Shown: positions 30,909-40,849, counted from the first letter of the stretch. The stretch: DNA of 64,000 nt from Candidatus Spongiisociaceae bacterium (GCA_965262915.1 OZ253564.1:1696001-1760000); one strand, 5' to 3'. The notes: generated from the letters alone by a model not told the origin. Program-made: numbers and translations.

Positions 30909-31383
30909 CTAAGTCCGTGGTCATCCCGGCCTGGGCAGCGCCAGCCTCGGAACGTCCCGTGCCCGAACCCCGCACTTGCTCCCACTCAGGCTGCCGGATG
31001 GTACGAATGGTGGGACTGACCTCCCGACTCTCGATTTCGACCCCAGATCAGCCCGTGTCAAGCAACGGACAGCATCTCCGCCACAGGGGGCTCAGGAGTT
31101 GGCGTGGCGCGCTTCAGCCGTGGAGTACCTCGGCTAGACGGTCCATCTCTCAGGCACTCTGGTTAGCGGCAGCTATGGGCCGAACATGTCGAGGCTGCGA
31201 CGAAAGTGTCGGGTGGTGGAGAAGTCCTCCGAATGGGTGTGAAGCCTTCGCTGGGATCGGTTTGGCCAGGTCGCCGATCCAGCTCTCTTCTGATGAGCGC
31301 CACCCGGGCCCTGATGGGCGGTAGTCGGTGAACGAGAATTCGTTTCTCCTTGGTTCTCGTGACGCGGCCGAAGCGGCGGTTGC

Positions 31384-33107
31384 CTATGCGGGTGACCAGG
31401 TGGGGCATTCGCCGTTGCGGTCGATTTGTCTGTGGTTGGTCCCGTCGGAGTCGATAACGCCGACGCCGTCTTCGGTTCTGTACGCGAGGTGGTCACCTGT
31501 GGGTGATACAGCCAGGCAGCTTTTCTCGGTTAGGTCGTTGGTGAGGCGACGCATGCCACCATCGATGCCGACTACGTAGACGTCGTCGGCTAGGTAGGCG
31601 ACGCTTTGGCTGTCGGGTAGCCAGACCAGGTCGAACACCTTGCCGGGGAATATCTCGGTAAGGATCGATCCGTCGGTGTCGACGATTACCAGCCCCAGTG
31701 GCCAGCCTTCGAGGTCGTGGTGGGTGGCGAAGAGGCGAGCACCGTCGGGTGACCACCGGGGTCGCCATCCCTGCTGGGTGAGTTGTTTGCGGCCGCTCCC
31801 GTCGGAGTTGACCACCCAAACGCCACCGTCCTCACCGTTCCACGCGATCTGGGAGGCATCGGGCGACAGGCTCACAGCACGAAGTCCGCTACCAAGACGT
31901 CGACGGTTCGAACCATCGACACCCACCACCCACAGAGCCCCGGACTGGGTGTAGAAGATTCGTGTTTGGTCGGGCCACCACCGCGGAGTCGAACCCGCGT
32001 CGGCGACGCGCCGGCTGCCGTCACCGGCGGCGTCCGTCACGAACATCCCGTCATCGGTTGAATAAACGATACGGTTACCGTCGGGTGACCACATCGCCGA
32101 GGAACCGAGCCGGAGCCGGTTGGAACCGTCGACGTCGACGACCCACCGATCCCCTGACCTGTACAGGATACGAGAACTGTCGGGGGACCACACCGGATAG
32201 GGTCCGCCGGTAGCGACCTGCACCGGGTTGGCATCATCCACGTCCGCTACCCACAGGTTGACCTCACCCGGCCAGATCCCGTAGTCGGGCCAGGTAACCC
32301 CCCTGTAGAGGATGCGGGCACCGTCGGGTGACCATATCGGACCCGACGCATTGGTGGCGAGCGATCGACGGTTACCACCATCGGCGTCAACCACGATGAC
32401 GGAGGAGACCGGTCCGAGTTCCTCGGTGTAGGCAAGCCTGGAGGGTGTGGGTTGGACGATCTCGGGTAGGGGCACCAGGCCTAGGGCACGGGCCAGGAAC
32501 GTGGCCATCTGAGCCCTGGTCACCGCCTGCTGCGGGCAATACCGGACAGGATCGACAGCACAACCGGCGGTGATCCCGGCCGCGGCGAAAGTGTCGATGT
32601 TGGCGGCGTGGAAGTTGCCCGCGGTATCGGCGAAACCCGCCGGCGGTGCCGCCTCGAGATCGAACGCACGCGTAAGGAACGTGGCCATCTGCGCTCTGGT
32701 AACCGAATCACTCGGGCAGAAACGGGCCGGGCCGGTGCCACAACCGGAGGTGATGCCCAACACGGCGAGGCGTTCCACATGAGGCATCCACCACCGGCCC
32801 GAGTCCAAATCAGCGAACCGGGAGGCAGAAGTGGCAGATGGTTCTCTCCCGTCAACAGCCCGAACAAGCCAAACAGCCATCACCCAACGATCAAGAGGCT
32901 CATCAGGACAGAACCGACCCCTAGAGCATTCAGTACCTCCAACGATCCCCGCCTCGGCCAGCGCTTCCACAGACCGGGCGTGCACCCCCGCCTCTTCAAT
33001 ATCGCCGAATGCGTTCCCTCCCTGAGCTCCCCCGCGGTCGCCGTAGCTACCGCAAACGACGCCACCACAGCCCAAAGCGCCACCACACGACACCAGCCTG
33101 ACAACAC
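31384..33107 (-). pseudogene. SLH-domain surface protein with TolB/PD40-type beta-propeller; signal peptide out of frame
   Basis: Three SLH repeats (FCP...VTRAQMATFL), many WSPDG repeats; RBS GGAGG plus GTG at 33107 encodes a signal peptide that joins the main frame only if the G5 run at 33029-33033 were G6. Confidence 0.75.
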
Positions 33108-34371
33108 GGAAAGCCTCCCAGCCCCCGGACAACAACCGGTAGCCGATACTAAGCCACACCCGCCACTAGCGGTCCGAGAAGCCGCAGCCGGCCCATTCTC
33201 CGATGCTTCGCCCCGGTCAGCTCACACCTTCTACCCGAGCGGTACCACCCGGAGTACGGCCCTGACCGGACGTGACCCCGTCCGCAAGGCCGGTCCGAGC
33301 GAAGGCGTGGCCAACCCCCTGCCTTACTCATGGCTGGTCCGTCGTAGTCACGGCTATGAGTCCCGAGGTCGGCCGACGGCCCGTCAAAGAACTCGTAGCG
33401 GCGTTGGTCGCTGTCTTGAGGCAGGCCGAGGATGTGGGGAACACTCCCGAGGAGATGGCTACTCGTAAGGGAACGTCTCCTCTACCCCGACCAGTACCTG
33501 AGCCACTTCCCTTGGGCTGCGTCATGGCAGGAGGCGCACCAAACAGGTGTCACCTTCGAGGACGTTGTCACATCATCGGGCTAGTGATCGCCATCAATGC
33601 CGCTCCTCTTGGACCGTTTGATGTGGACCACCATCACCGATGAACTGTTGGCGCGTCTGAGGATACTCAACGGTCGGGACACAGACCTGGCCGCTGACGC
33701 GACTCGGGTCGCGAACCGCCTGAGAGACGCCCTATTAGCCGTGTCCCCGGCTCTTGAACGTGCCGTGGGAGACAAGCTGATGTCGACACCTGGTCTCAGA
33801 GCTGCGCTGGTGAGGTGGCCCACCCCCGCGGCGCTGCGAACCGCTGGCAAAGCCCGCGTCCAGACGCTGATATCCAAACGGTCCAAGCGCACCGCCACCA
33901 CACTCACCGACCAGATCTGGGCTGCGCTCCGCTCCCAGACCGTCACGGTGGTTGCCGAAGCGACCTGGGGCGAAACTATTGGTGACCTGGCTGGCGGCCT
34001 GGACCGGATCATCGCCCGCCGCCAGCGGCTCGCAGCCGACATCGAGGAGGCGTTCTTGGAGCATCCGCTCCGAACAAGTCCTCAACAGCATGTGCGGGTT
34101 CGGGCCCCGCACCAGCGCCCGAACCCTCGCTGAGATCGGCGACCCACACCGTTTCGCCAACCCAGGCCGGCTAGCCGCCTACGCCGGGCTTGCCCCCGTC
34201 AACTGGCAATCAGGCCGCACCAGCAACACCCGACGGGCACGAGGCGGCAACCACCGCGTCGGCAACGCCATGTTCATCGCCGCGTTCGTCGCTGCCCAAC
34301 ACGACCCCGACGCCCGCGCCTACTACCTGCGCAAACGAGCCCAAGGCAAAGAACACACTCATAATGGAATG

Positions 34372-34605
34372 GCTCTTTCCTTTGGGGGCCACCTGCGAAG
34401 ATGGGGTGGCCCCTTGGAGCGGGGGGCGGGTCTGACTCAAAAGAACACTGGCGTGCGCTTGCGTTGCCTTTGCGTTGATCTGTCGGCCTGTCCCCCGGTC
34501 CAGGGAAGAGCGGGGTTTCGGCTCCGAGCGGATGTGACCTAATAGGAGCTTTAGCTTCCCAGCACCGTGAGTGTACTGTCCACCGCTTTTTGCCGGAACC
34601 CCGCA
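34372..34605 (+). ncRNA. Predicted IS110 bridge RNA (5' hairpin, target-binding loop, donor-binding loop)
   Basis: Three stem-loops; the loops hold AAAGAACAC and TGCGTTG (target match) and ATAGGAGC and TGAGTG (donor match); starts just downstream of the junction promoter; ends approximate. Confidence 0.75.
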
Positions 34606-34637
34606 ACAAGAGTAGCGCCCTCGAGGAGGTGGTGGTC

Positions 34638-35870
34638 GTGTCGGGGAATCGGGTTGATGTGTTCGGTGGGGTTGATACCCATCGTGACACCCATGTAGCG
34701 GCGGTGGTGGATACTGCTGGTCGCCTGTTGGGGTCAGAGTCGTTCGCAGCGGAGGGAGCTGGGTATCAGCGGTTGGTCGCCTGGCTGGGATCGCAGGGAC
34801 ATCTGGTCCGGGTCGGGGTAGAAGGAACCGGTAGTTACGGCGCCGGGCTGGCCCGCTATCTGACCGAGGCCGACATCGAGGTGGTGGAGGTGAACCGGCC
34901 GAACCGCCAGCTACGCCGCCAGAAGGGCGGGAAGTCTGACAGCGTCGACGCCGAGGCAGCAGCTCGGTCGGCCGCCTCGGGCCAAGCAACCGCAGTTCCC
35001 AAGTCCGGTGACGGTCCGGTCGAGTGCCTGCGGATGCTGCTGGTGGTCCGCCGCTCCGCGGTCAAAGCCCGCACCCAGGCCGCCAACCAGATCCACTCTC
35101 TGGTGGTTACCGGCCCTGAGCAGGTCAAACAACAGCTAACAGGCATGAATCTCAAAGCCCAGGTCCGAGTTTGCGCCCGGTTCCGACCCGGCACAGACCA
35201 CACCACCACCGCCTACGCGAAGCGTGCCCTGCGGCATCTGGCCCGCCGATACCAAACCCTCGACACAGAGATCGGCGAACTCGACACCGAGATCAGAGGC
35301 CTCTGCGCGAAGGCGAACCCGGCGCTGCTGGCGGCAGAAGGTGTCGGTCCTGACACAGCCGCCGCTTTGTTGGTCGCAGTCGGCGACAACCCCGGGCGTA
35401 TGAAATCGGAACGGTCCTTTGCGGCGCTGTGCGGCACCAGCCCCGTCCAGGCATCATCGGGACAGACCATGCGGCATCGTCTCAACCGGGGCGGCGACCG
35501 GCAAGCAAACTGTGCGCTGTGGCGCATCGCTACCACCCGGATACGCCACGACGCCCGCACCAAAGACTACGTAACCCGACGCCAGACCGAAGGAAAGAAC
35601 CGAAAAGAGATCATCCGCTGCCTCAAGAGGCACATCACCCGAGAAATATACCGACTCATCACTAACCCGCCACCAACCCCGAACTGCGCGAAGCTGCGCA
35701 CCCTACGCCAACAAGGCGGCATCACCATCACCCAAGCCGCCCACGCTCTCCGAACCCACCCTGCCCGCATCTCAGAAATCGAACGCGGCCGAGACCACAA
35801 CCACCAGCTCGCTACCCGATACCAGAACTGGCTCCGAACCCACCAACCCGCCCCACCATCATCGATTTGA
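34638..35870 (+). CDS. IS110 DEDD recombinase with C-terminal XRE-like HTH
   Basis: GGVDTH, VGVEGTGSYG, KSDSVDA, ASSG catalytic-Ser loop, HRLNRGGDRQAN, RCLKR; tail LRTLRQQGGITITQAAHALRTHPARISEIERG. Confidence 0.92.
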   Translation: MSGNRVDVFGGVDTHRDTHVAAVVDTAGRLLGSESFAAEGAGYQRLVAWLGSQGHLVRVGVEGTGSYGAGLARYLTEADIEVVEVNRPNRQLRRQKGGKSDSVDAEAAARSAASGQATAVPKSGDGPVECLRMLLVVRRSAVKARTQAANQIHSLVVTGPEQVKQQLTGMNLKAQVRVCARFRPGTDHTTTAYAKRALRHLARRYQTLDTEIGELDTEIRGLCAKANPALLAAEGVGPDTAAALLVAVGDNPGRMKSERSFAALCGTSPVQASSGQTMRHRLNRGGDRQANCALWRIATTRIRHDARTKDYVTRRQTEGKNRKEIIRCLKRHITREIYRLITNPPPTPNCAKLRTLRQQGGITITQAAHALRTHPARISEIERGRDHNHQLATRYQNWLRTHQPAPPSSI

Positions 35871-36045
35871 CAATCATAGGAGCATCAACGCAGCCGTCAT
35901 CTGCGTCGCCCGCCGACGCCCCAACATCATCCTGGCCATGCTCAAAACCCAAACCCCCTACCAACCACCCCAAACCCAACCCGAAACCCCCCAAAACCTA
36001 CCCCAAGCGGCTTGACAACAAGACAGAGACACCCCCCCGGGGGGG

Positions 36046-36162
36046 GGGGTGTAACGCCGTAACAGACCTGTCGGACAGCCGGAACACAAAACCCTACGCG
36101 CGAACCAAAACAACCAAACAACCCGTAACACACACGACCCCCCGGGTCTTCTGTTACACCCC
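36046..36162. repeat. Small MITE-like segment with 10-bp inverted repeats
   Basis: GGGGTGTAAC ... GTTACACCCC; internal CGTAACA twice; preceded by a C7G11 run. Confidence 0.4.
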
Positions 36163-36296
36163 TCACAGCAATGAATCTCCGACAAGCCACCCCTAAACGG
36201 GCGGTGGGTGCTACCTGCCCGAAGGGCCTGTCTCCAAGTCCAGCACCCCCTCTGGCAACGGCCACTCCACCCACTCCCCACGAGGCGTACCTCTAG

Positions 36297-38034
36297 GAGC
36301 CTGCTGATTATCGGGTTCGGCGAGTTGGTGGTGTTGGGTGTGGTGGGGCTGGTTGGGGCTTGTGGGGTGGGTGTTTTGGGTCGGTTGATGGCGGTAGCGG
36401 GGTTCTTTGGGGGCGGCGTCCCGGTTTTGGGGTTCTAGGCGGGGTTGAGGACCCAGCCGGCTGGTCCTTGGTCGAGTCCGAGGTTGATGAGGCGTCGTAG
36501 GTTGATGGCTGCTGTTCTGGTGGTGAGCCATTGCTGGTTGGGGGTGATTCCTCGGTAGGGAACACGTCTGGCTTTCCCGCGGGTGAGCCAGGCGATGGTC
36601 CGTTCCACGGACGGCCGCAAGTTCCGGTAGGTGTTTTTGGTTTCGTCTTTGGCCCACCGTGTTTTGTTCGCGGCTCGCAGGTCGTGGTATTGGTCGACTG
36701 TGATGGTTCGTCCCGTCTTCGAGGTGGTGCATCGTGCCCGCAGGGGGCAGCCGTTGCACCGTTTCGAGAACGGGGCGGTACCACCGGGACGTATACGGGC
36801 GGTGTGGTTGGCGGGACACGTCACCGTCCGTCCCCCGGTGTCGATATCGAAATCGTCGCGGTGGAACCCATCCTTGATATGAGGCTTGCGTACGATGGGT
36901 TTCACCACCGGGCTGTGACCAAGATCATCGAACGTTTCGAGCGCCGCACCGGACGCGTACGCCGAATCCGCGACGATTTCGGCGCCCGGGGGTGCTTCGG
37001 CAACGAGATCCGCGATGCTGTCGGCGTCGGTAGTGTTGGCAGCGGTTAGGACCGCGGCGGTGACCAGGCCGGTTTCGGGTTCGGTAGCGACATGGGCCTT
37101 GTACCCGTCCCGTTTGTGGGTCCGGGTCTTGTGACCATGCCGCGCTTCGGCATCCACCGTCGATATGGTCCGATCCTTGGCCACACGCCGAGCTATCCGC
37201 CATCGGCCTTCCCGGTGGGGGTCCGGTTCCACATCCTGGCCCGTCACAACTCCCAACAGCCCTAGGGCGTCGGCCTGTTCGGGGTCCAGCTTCATGTCCT
37301 CGACTGCTTCGATCAGCCTCAGCCCGTCGGTGACCAGGCCGTCCACCAACTCCGAGCGGGCATCGGGATCAGACCAGTCGCAGGACGGTTTGGTCACCGA
37401 TTCGTAGTCATGGGCCACCAGCACCAGGTCGGCTGCCTGCGGGATCAGACGGCGGCAACGCCGTATCTGCGATGAGATCATCGTCACCGTGTCTTGGGTA
37501 GCAACCGCGTCGTGCAGAATGGTCGAGTCCAGCGCCCGACGGTCCCTGGTCGCCAACACCCCGGACTCGGTGACTACTTGACGTACCGCGTCGAAGATAC
37601 GCTCCGGCTTTTCGCTGGCACGCAACCGGGCACGCCACAGGGTCAGCACCGTCGGGTGGAACCCCCCATGTGTCAACGACAGACCAGTCGCGGCTTTCCA
37701 AGCTATATCACGGCGTAGCCGCTGTATCGCTTCCCGGTCCGAGAGGCACTCCAACGCCTGGAGGACCATCACCGCAGCGATCACCGGACCCGGTATCGAG
37801 GGGCGGCCCCGCGGGCCGAACAGATCGGCGAACATCTCATCGGGAAACAGACGGCGGCGGTTCTCGGCCAGGAACCGGTACACAGACCCTTCCGGAACCA
37901 GATGCCACAGATCCGTCGTGTCCAGAAACTCACGGTCAAAGCTTTCATATCCCTGCATAACCCCTACAATAGCTACAACAAACACAAAACGCGAACCCGC
38001 CACACCCCGACAAGGCGACTAAATCAGCACCCTC
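36297..38034 (-). mobile_element. IS1182-family IS, complete
   Basis: Imperfect inverted repeats GAGCCTGCTGATT / AATCAGCACCCTC, flanked by CTAG at 36293-36296 and 38035-38038. Confidence 0.88.
36435..37958 (-). CDS. IS1182 transposase
   Basis: GRPSIP, LSDREA, ALDST, DRTISTVDAEARHGHK, GYKAH, ADSAY, CNGCPLRARCT, RPSVER. Confidence 0.9.
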   Translation of the reverse strand: MQGYESFDREFLDTTDLWHLVPEGSVYRFLAENRRRLFPDEMFADLFGPRGRPSIPGPVIAAVMVLQALECLSDREAIQRLRRDIAWKAATGLSLTHGGFHPTVLTLWRARLRASEKPERIFDAVRQVVTESGVLATRDRRALDSTILHDAVATQDTVTMISSQIRRCRRLIPQAADLVLVAHDYESVTKPSCDWSDPDARSELVDGLVTDGLRLIEAVEDMKLDPEQADALGLLGVVTGQDVEPDPHREGRWRIARRVAKDRTISTVDAEARHGHKTRTHKRDGYKAHVATEPETGLVTAAVLTAANTTDADSIADLVAEAPPGAEIVADSAYASGAALETFDDLGHSPVVKPIVRKPHIKDGFHRDDFDIDTGGRTVTCPANHTARIRPGGTAPFSKRCNGCPLRARCTTSKTGRTITVDQYHDLRAANKTRWAKDETKNTYRNLRPSVERTIAWLTRGKARRVPYRGITPNQQWLTTRTAAINLRRLINLGLDQGPAGWVLNPA

Positions 38035-38229
38035 CTAGCACGAGGCAAGAACTGCGGTAAATGATGAACATAAGCCGTCCAACCCCCAGAATCCCCCAAC
38101 ATCGCCGATGTATCTGTTAACAACGGCAGACCGTCCAGCCACCACTGCCGTACCACAGCGCTCACACTCGACTTCAATCCCCCAGCATGTTCCCGGAGCA
38201 CATCCAACTCCGCCCTATGAACCCACCAA

Positions 38230-38499
38230 CTCACCGGATGTCGCTTTGGTGGACGTCCATATGCCGGGCGGCGGCGGCCTCCGTCGTAGTCGAGAATATC
38301 CAAGAGACCAACCCCGACGTGAAGTTCCTCGCTCTTTCGGTTTCCGACGCGGCCGAGGACGTGATCGCCATGATCCGGGCCGGTGCCAGAGGGTACGTCA
38401 CCAAGTCAATCGGACCCGACGAACTGGCCGACGCCATCACGAGGGTGCACGCGGGCGATGCTGTCTTCTCCCCCCTGCTGGCCGGTTTTCGTGCTCGAC
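38230..38499 (+). pseudogene. NarL/LuxR-type response regulator fragment
   Basis: PDVALVDVHMPGGGG / LALSVSDAAEDVIAMIRAGARGYVTK...DAVFSPLLAG across frame breaks; no N-terminus and no HTH. Confidence 0.75.
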
Positions 38500-40721
38500 T
38501 ATGGGGAGGACGTCATCCGGGAAGGCCACCAGTTCCATCGGCCCAGTAGGGAAACCAACGAGGGAACTATCAGGGTGCGAGTGATGAACGTGTCTATCAG
38601 CACTCCAACTGCGACCCCGAAACCGAGTTGCACCAGGTCCTGAAGGGGCAGGGTCATCAGTGCGGAGAACGTGCCGGCGAGGATGATTCCCGCAGAGGTG
38701 ATGACCGGCCCGGTGCGCGCCAGTGCATGGCGGGTCGCCTCTCTGAGTGGAGCTCTCCTGGCTTCCTCGCGGATGCGCGACATCAGATAGATGTTGTAGT
38801 CGACGCTCAGCGCGTTCAGGAACACGAAGAGGAAGAACGGGACGGCGGGACCTAGGCCGGTGTGACCGACCACGGTGATGAACACCACCACCACGAGGCC
38901 AAGAGTCGCGAAGTAGGTGAATGCAATCGTAACCATCAGATACAGGGGTGCGATCAGCGAACGCAGTAGCAGCACCAAGACCACGCCGATGGCTAAGAGG
39001 ATCAGGGGAAGCACCACCAGCGAGTCCCTATTGCCAGCCGTCCGAGTGTCGTACGCCTCTGCTGTATCGCCGCCGATCAACACGCTTCCAGCGTGCAGGC
39101 CCAGAGCCGAAGCTTCCTGTCGGGCGAGGGAGCGCAACTCGGGCACGGTATCGAGGGCCTCCCGAGAGAAGGGTCTAGCTTCGAGCACCACGTCGATGCG
39201 GCCTGCACCTCCATCGGCGGAGACGAACCGCCGCCCGCTTCCTTCCGGCAGTAGGGAGGCTTCGGGTCCCTCGGTACCGAGGGGTCTGCTAGGACCGGCG
39301 GCGTCGGCGACGGCAGGGTGGCCGGCGAGTTCGAGTGTGAGGATGTCCAACGTCTCAAGCACGGCAGGATCGAGCGCGTTGGCTCCCGGGGGCAGGGAAA
39401 CGTAGACCTGGGTGGGAGAGAGTTCGCCGCCCGGAAACCCACCTCGCAATAGCTCGAAGCTGCGGACGGACTCCATATTGGCTGGCAATCTGTCGAGTTG
39501 GTCGTAGTTGGCGCGCAACGGGACCAGCCCGGCCACCAGCACTGCTAGGCCCACCCCCGTTACGGCCAGGGTCAGGCCCGGCCTGCGGAGAACGACAGCG
39601 CCGACCCTGCCGTACACGCTGCGCCGCCAGTCAGCCTGCTTCGTCGCGTCAGGTTCCAGGCGGGGCTGCACGGGCCAGAAGGCCCGCCTCCCGAAGATCG
39701 TCAACGCCGCTGGGATGAGGGTGAGGGCGGCCAGCATCATCAGCGCCACCGCCAACGCGATGACGGGACCGAGCGCCTGGTAGGACCGCAGCGTTGCGAG
39801 CGCGAGGGCAGCGCAGGCGACGAGGATCGTAGCCCCCGCCGAGGCGACAGCTCTACCGACACCGCGCATGGTCCGTCTCATCGCCTCGTGGCGATCATCA
39901 TGCCGGGTCAGTTCCTCTCGAAAACGCGCCGAGACGAAGAGCACGTAGTCGGTGCCGGTACCGAAGAGAACCACTGTCATGATTCCGGTCGTCTGTCCGG
40001 AGATCGGTATCCCGAAACGAAGCGCGTACCACGCTGCAATGGCTCCGGCCATCTGGAAGACAAGTCCCACACCTAGGAGCGGGATCGCGGCCATGATCGG
40101 GGAGCGGTAGATGATGACCAGCAGCACCAGCACCAGCAGGACCGTTACCACCAGCAGCAGGCTGTCGATCTGCGTGAACACCCCGACCAGGTCGACGATG
40201 AGGCCTCCAGGCCCGCCCACGGCTATCTCGACACCGCTCAGATCGAACGACGCCGAGCGGTCTCTGATGGCCTCAACCGTGTCGAGAAAGGCCCGATCGG
40301 CAGGTTCACCACCGACTTCGACGAAAACGTACATGGTGGTTCCGTCGGGAGACACGAGACCGGTCCGCTGACCCATAACCGGGTCCGGGCTGAGAACCTG
40401 GCCTACGTTGACGGGCGCCGCCGGGCTCGACAGCCAGCCCGCGATTTCGGCCGCGGCCGCGTACGCCCCAGGCTCCAGACCGTCCGACTGCCGGAACACG
40501 ATCAGGACGGGGGTACCGGTCGCCGGGAAACGCTCCTGGGCGAACCGGTACGCCCGGGTCGCCTCAGCGTCCCTGGGTAGGAATAGCGCCTGCTCATTCT
40601 CGTTGGCCTCGGCGAGCGCAGGAAGCTGCGAGATCAATGAGCCGGCGGCGATCAACCAGACTACGAGAGTTACCCACTTGCCGCGGCGACTGGAGGCGAA
40701 ATCGGTCAGAAGGCCGAGCAC
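38499..40721 (-). CDS. MMPL-family RND transporter
   Basis: GTGTDYVLFVSARFREE and LSVDYNIYLMSRIREE duplicated TM4/TM10 motifs, TGPVITSAGIILAGTF. Confidence 0.92.
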   Translation of the reverse strand: MLGLLTDFASSRRGKWVTLVVWLIAAGSLISQLPALAEANENEQALFLPRDAEATRAYRFAQERFPATGTPVLIVFRQSDGLEPGAYAAAAEIAGWLSSPAAPVNVGQVLSPDPVMGQRTGLVSPDGTTMYVFVEVGGEPADRAFLDTVEAIRDRSASFDLSGVEIAVGGPGGLIVDLVGVFTQIDSLLLVVTVLLVLVLLVIIYRSPIMAAIPLLGVGLVFQMAGAIAAWYALRFGIPISGQTTGIMTVVLFGTGTDYVLFVSARFREELTRHDDRHEAMRRTMRGVGRAVASAGATILVACAALALATLRSYQALGPVIALAVALMMLAALTLIPAALTIFGRRAFWPVQPRLEPDATKQADWRRSVYGRVGAVVLRRPGLTLAVTGVGLAVLVAGLVPLRANYDQLDRLPANMESVRSFELLRGGFPGGELSPTQVYVSLPPGANALDPAVLETLDILTLELAGHPAVADAAGPSRPLGTEGPEASLLPEGSGRRFVSADGGAGRIDVVLEARPFSREALDTVPELRSLARQEASALGLHAGSVLIGGDTAEAYDTRTAGNRDSLVVLPLILLAIGVVLVLLLRSLIAPLYLMVTIAFTYFATLGLVVVVFITVVGHTGLGPAVPFFLFVFLNALSVDYNIYLMSRIREEARRAPLREATRHALARTGPVITSAGIILAGTFSALMTLPLQDLVQLGFGVAVGVLIDTFITRTLIVPSLVSLLGRWNWWPSRMTSSP

Positions 40722-40849
40722 TACCAGATCCCTTGGGGGACTCTGGCCGGTCGGCAGCCGGGGTTCGTGGTTCCCATGCTCATCATTGAACGATGCTAAC
40801 GAGGCTCTCGACCTGTTCTACTATCAGTTGAAGTCCGACCAATCGTTAA

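Larger units (their letters stand above)
34357..35886 (+). mobile_element. IS110-family element, complete, nested in another IS110 gene
   Basis: Removing it rejoins host codons GAA CAC | AAC GCA; no terminal inverted repeats; the right end ...ATAGGAGCATC recurs in the copy at 63285. Confidence 0.9.
33570..36015 (+). pseudogene. Decayed host IS110 transposase, split by the inner IS110
   Basis: GFGPRTSARTLAEIGDPHRF...LAAYAGLAP..WQSG...YYLRKRAQGKEH up to 34356; resumes at 35887 with NAAVICVARRR..IILAMLK..TPY to stop 36015; frameshift near 34070; N-terminal domain mostly lost. Confidence 0.82.

Noticed and set aside
31170-31330. Possible terminal remnant of another IS (GGCTGCGACGAAAGTGTC)
   Set aside because: No partner end or clear transposase motif found; too weak to call
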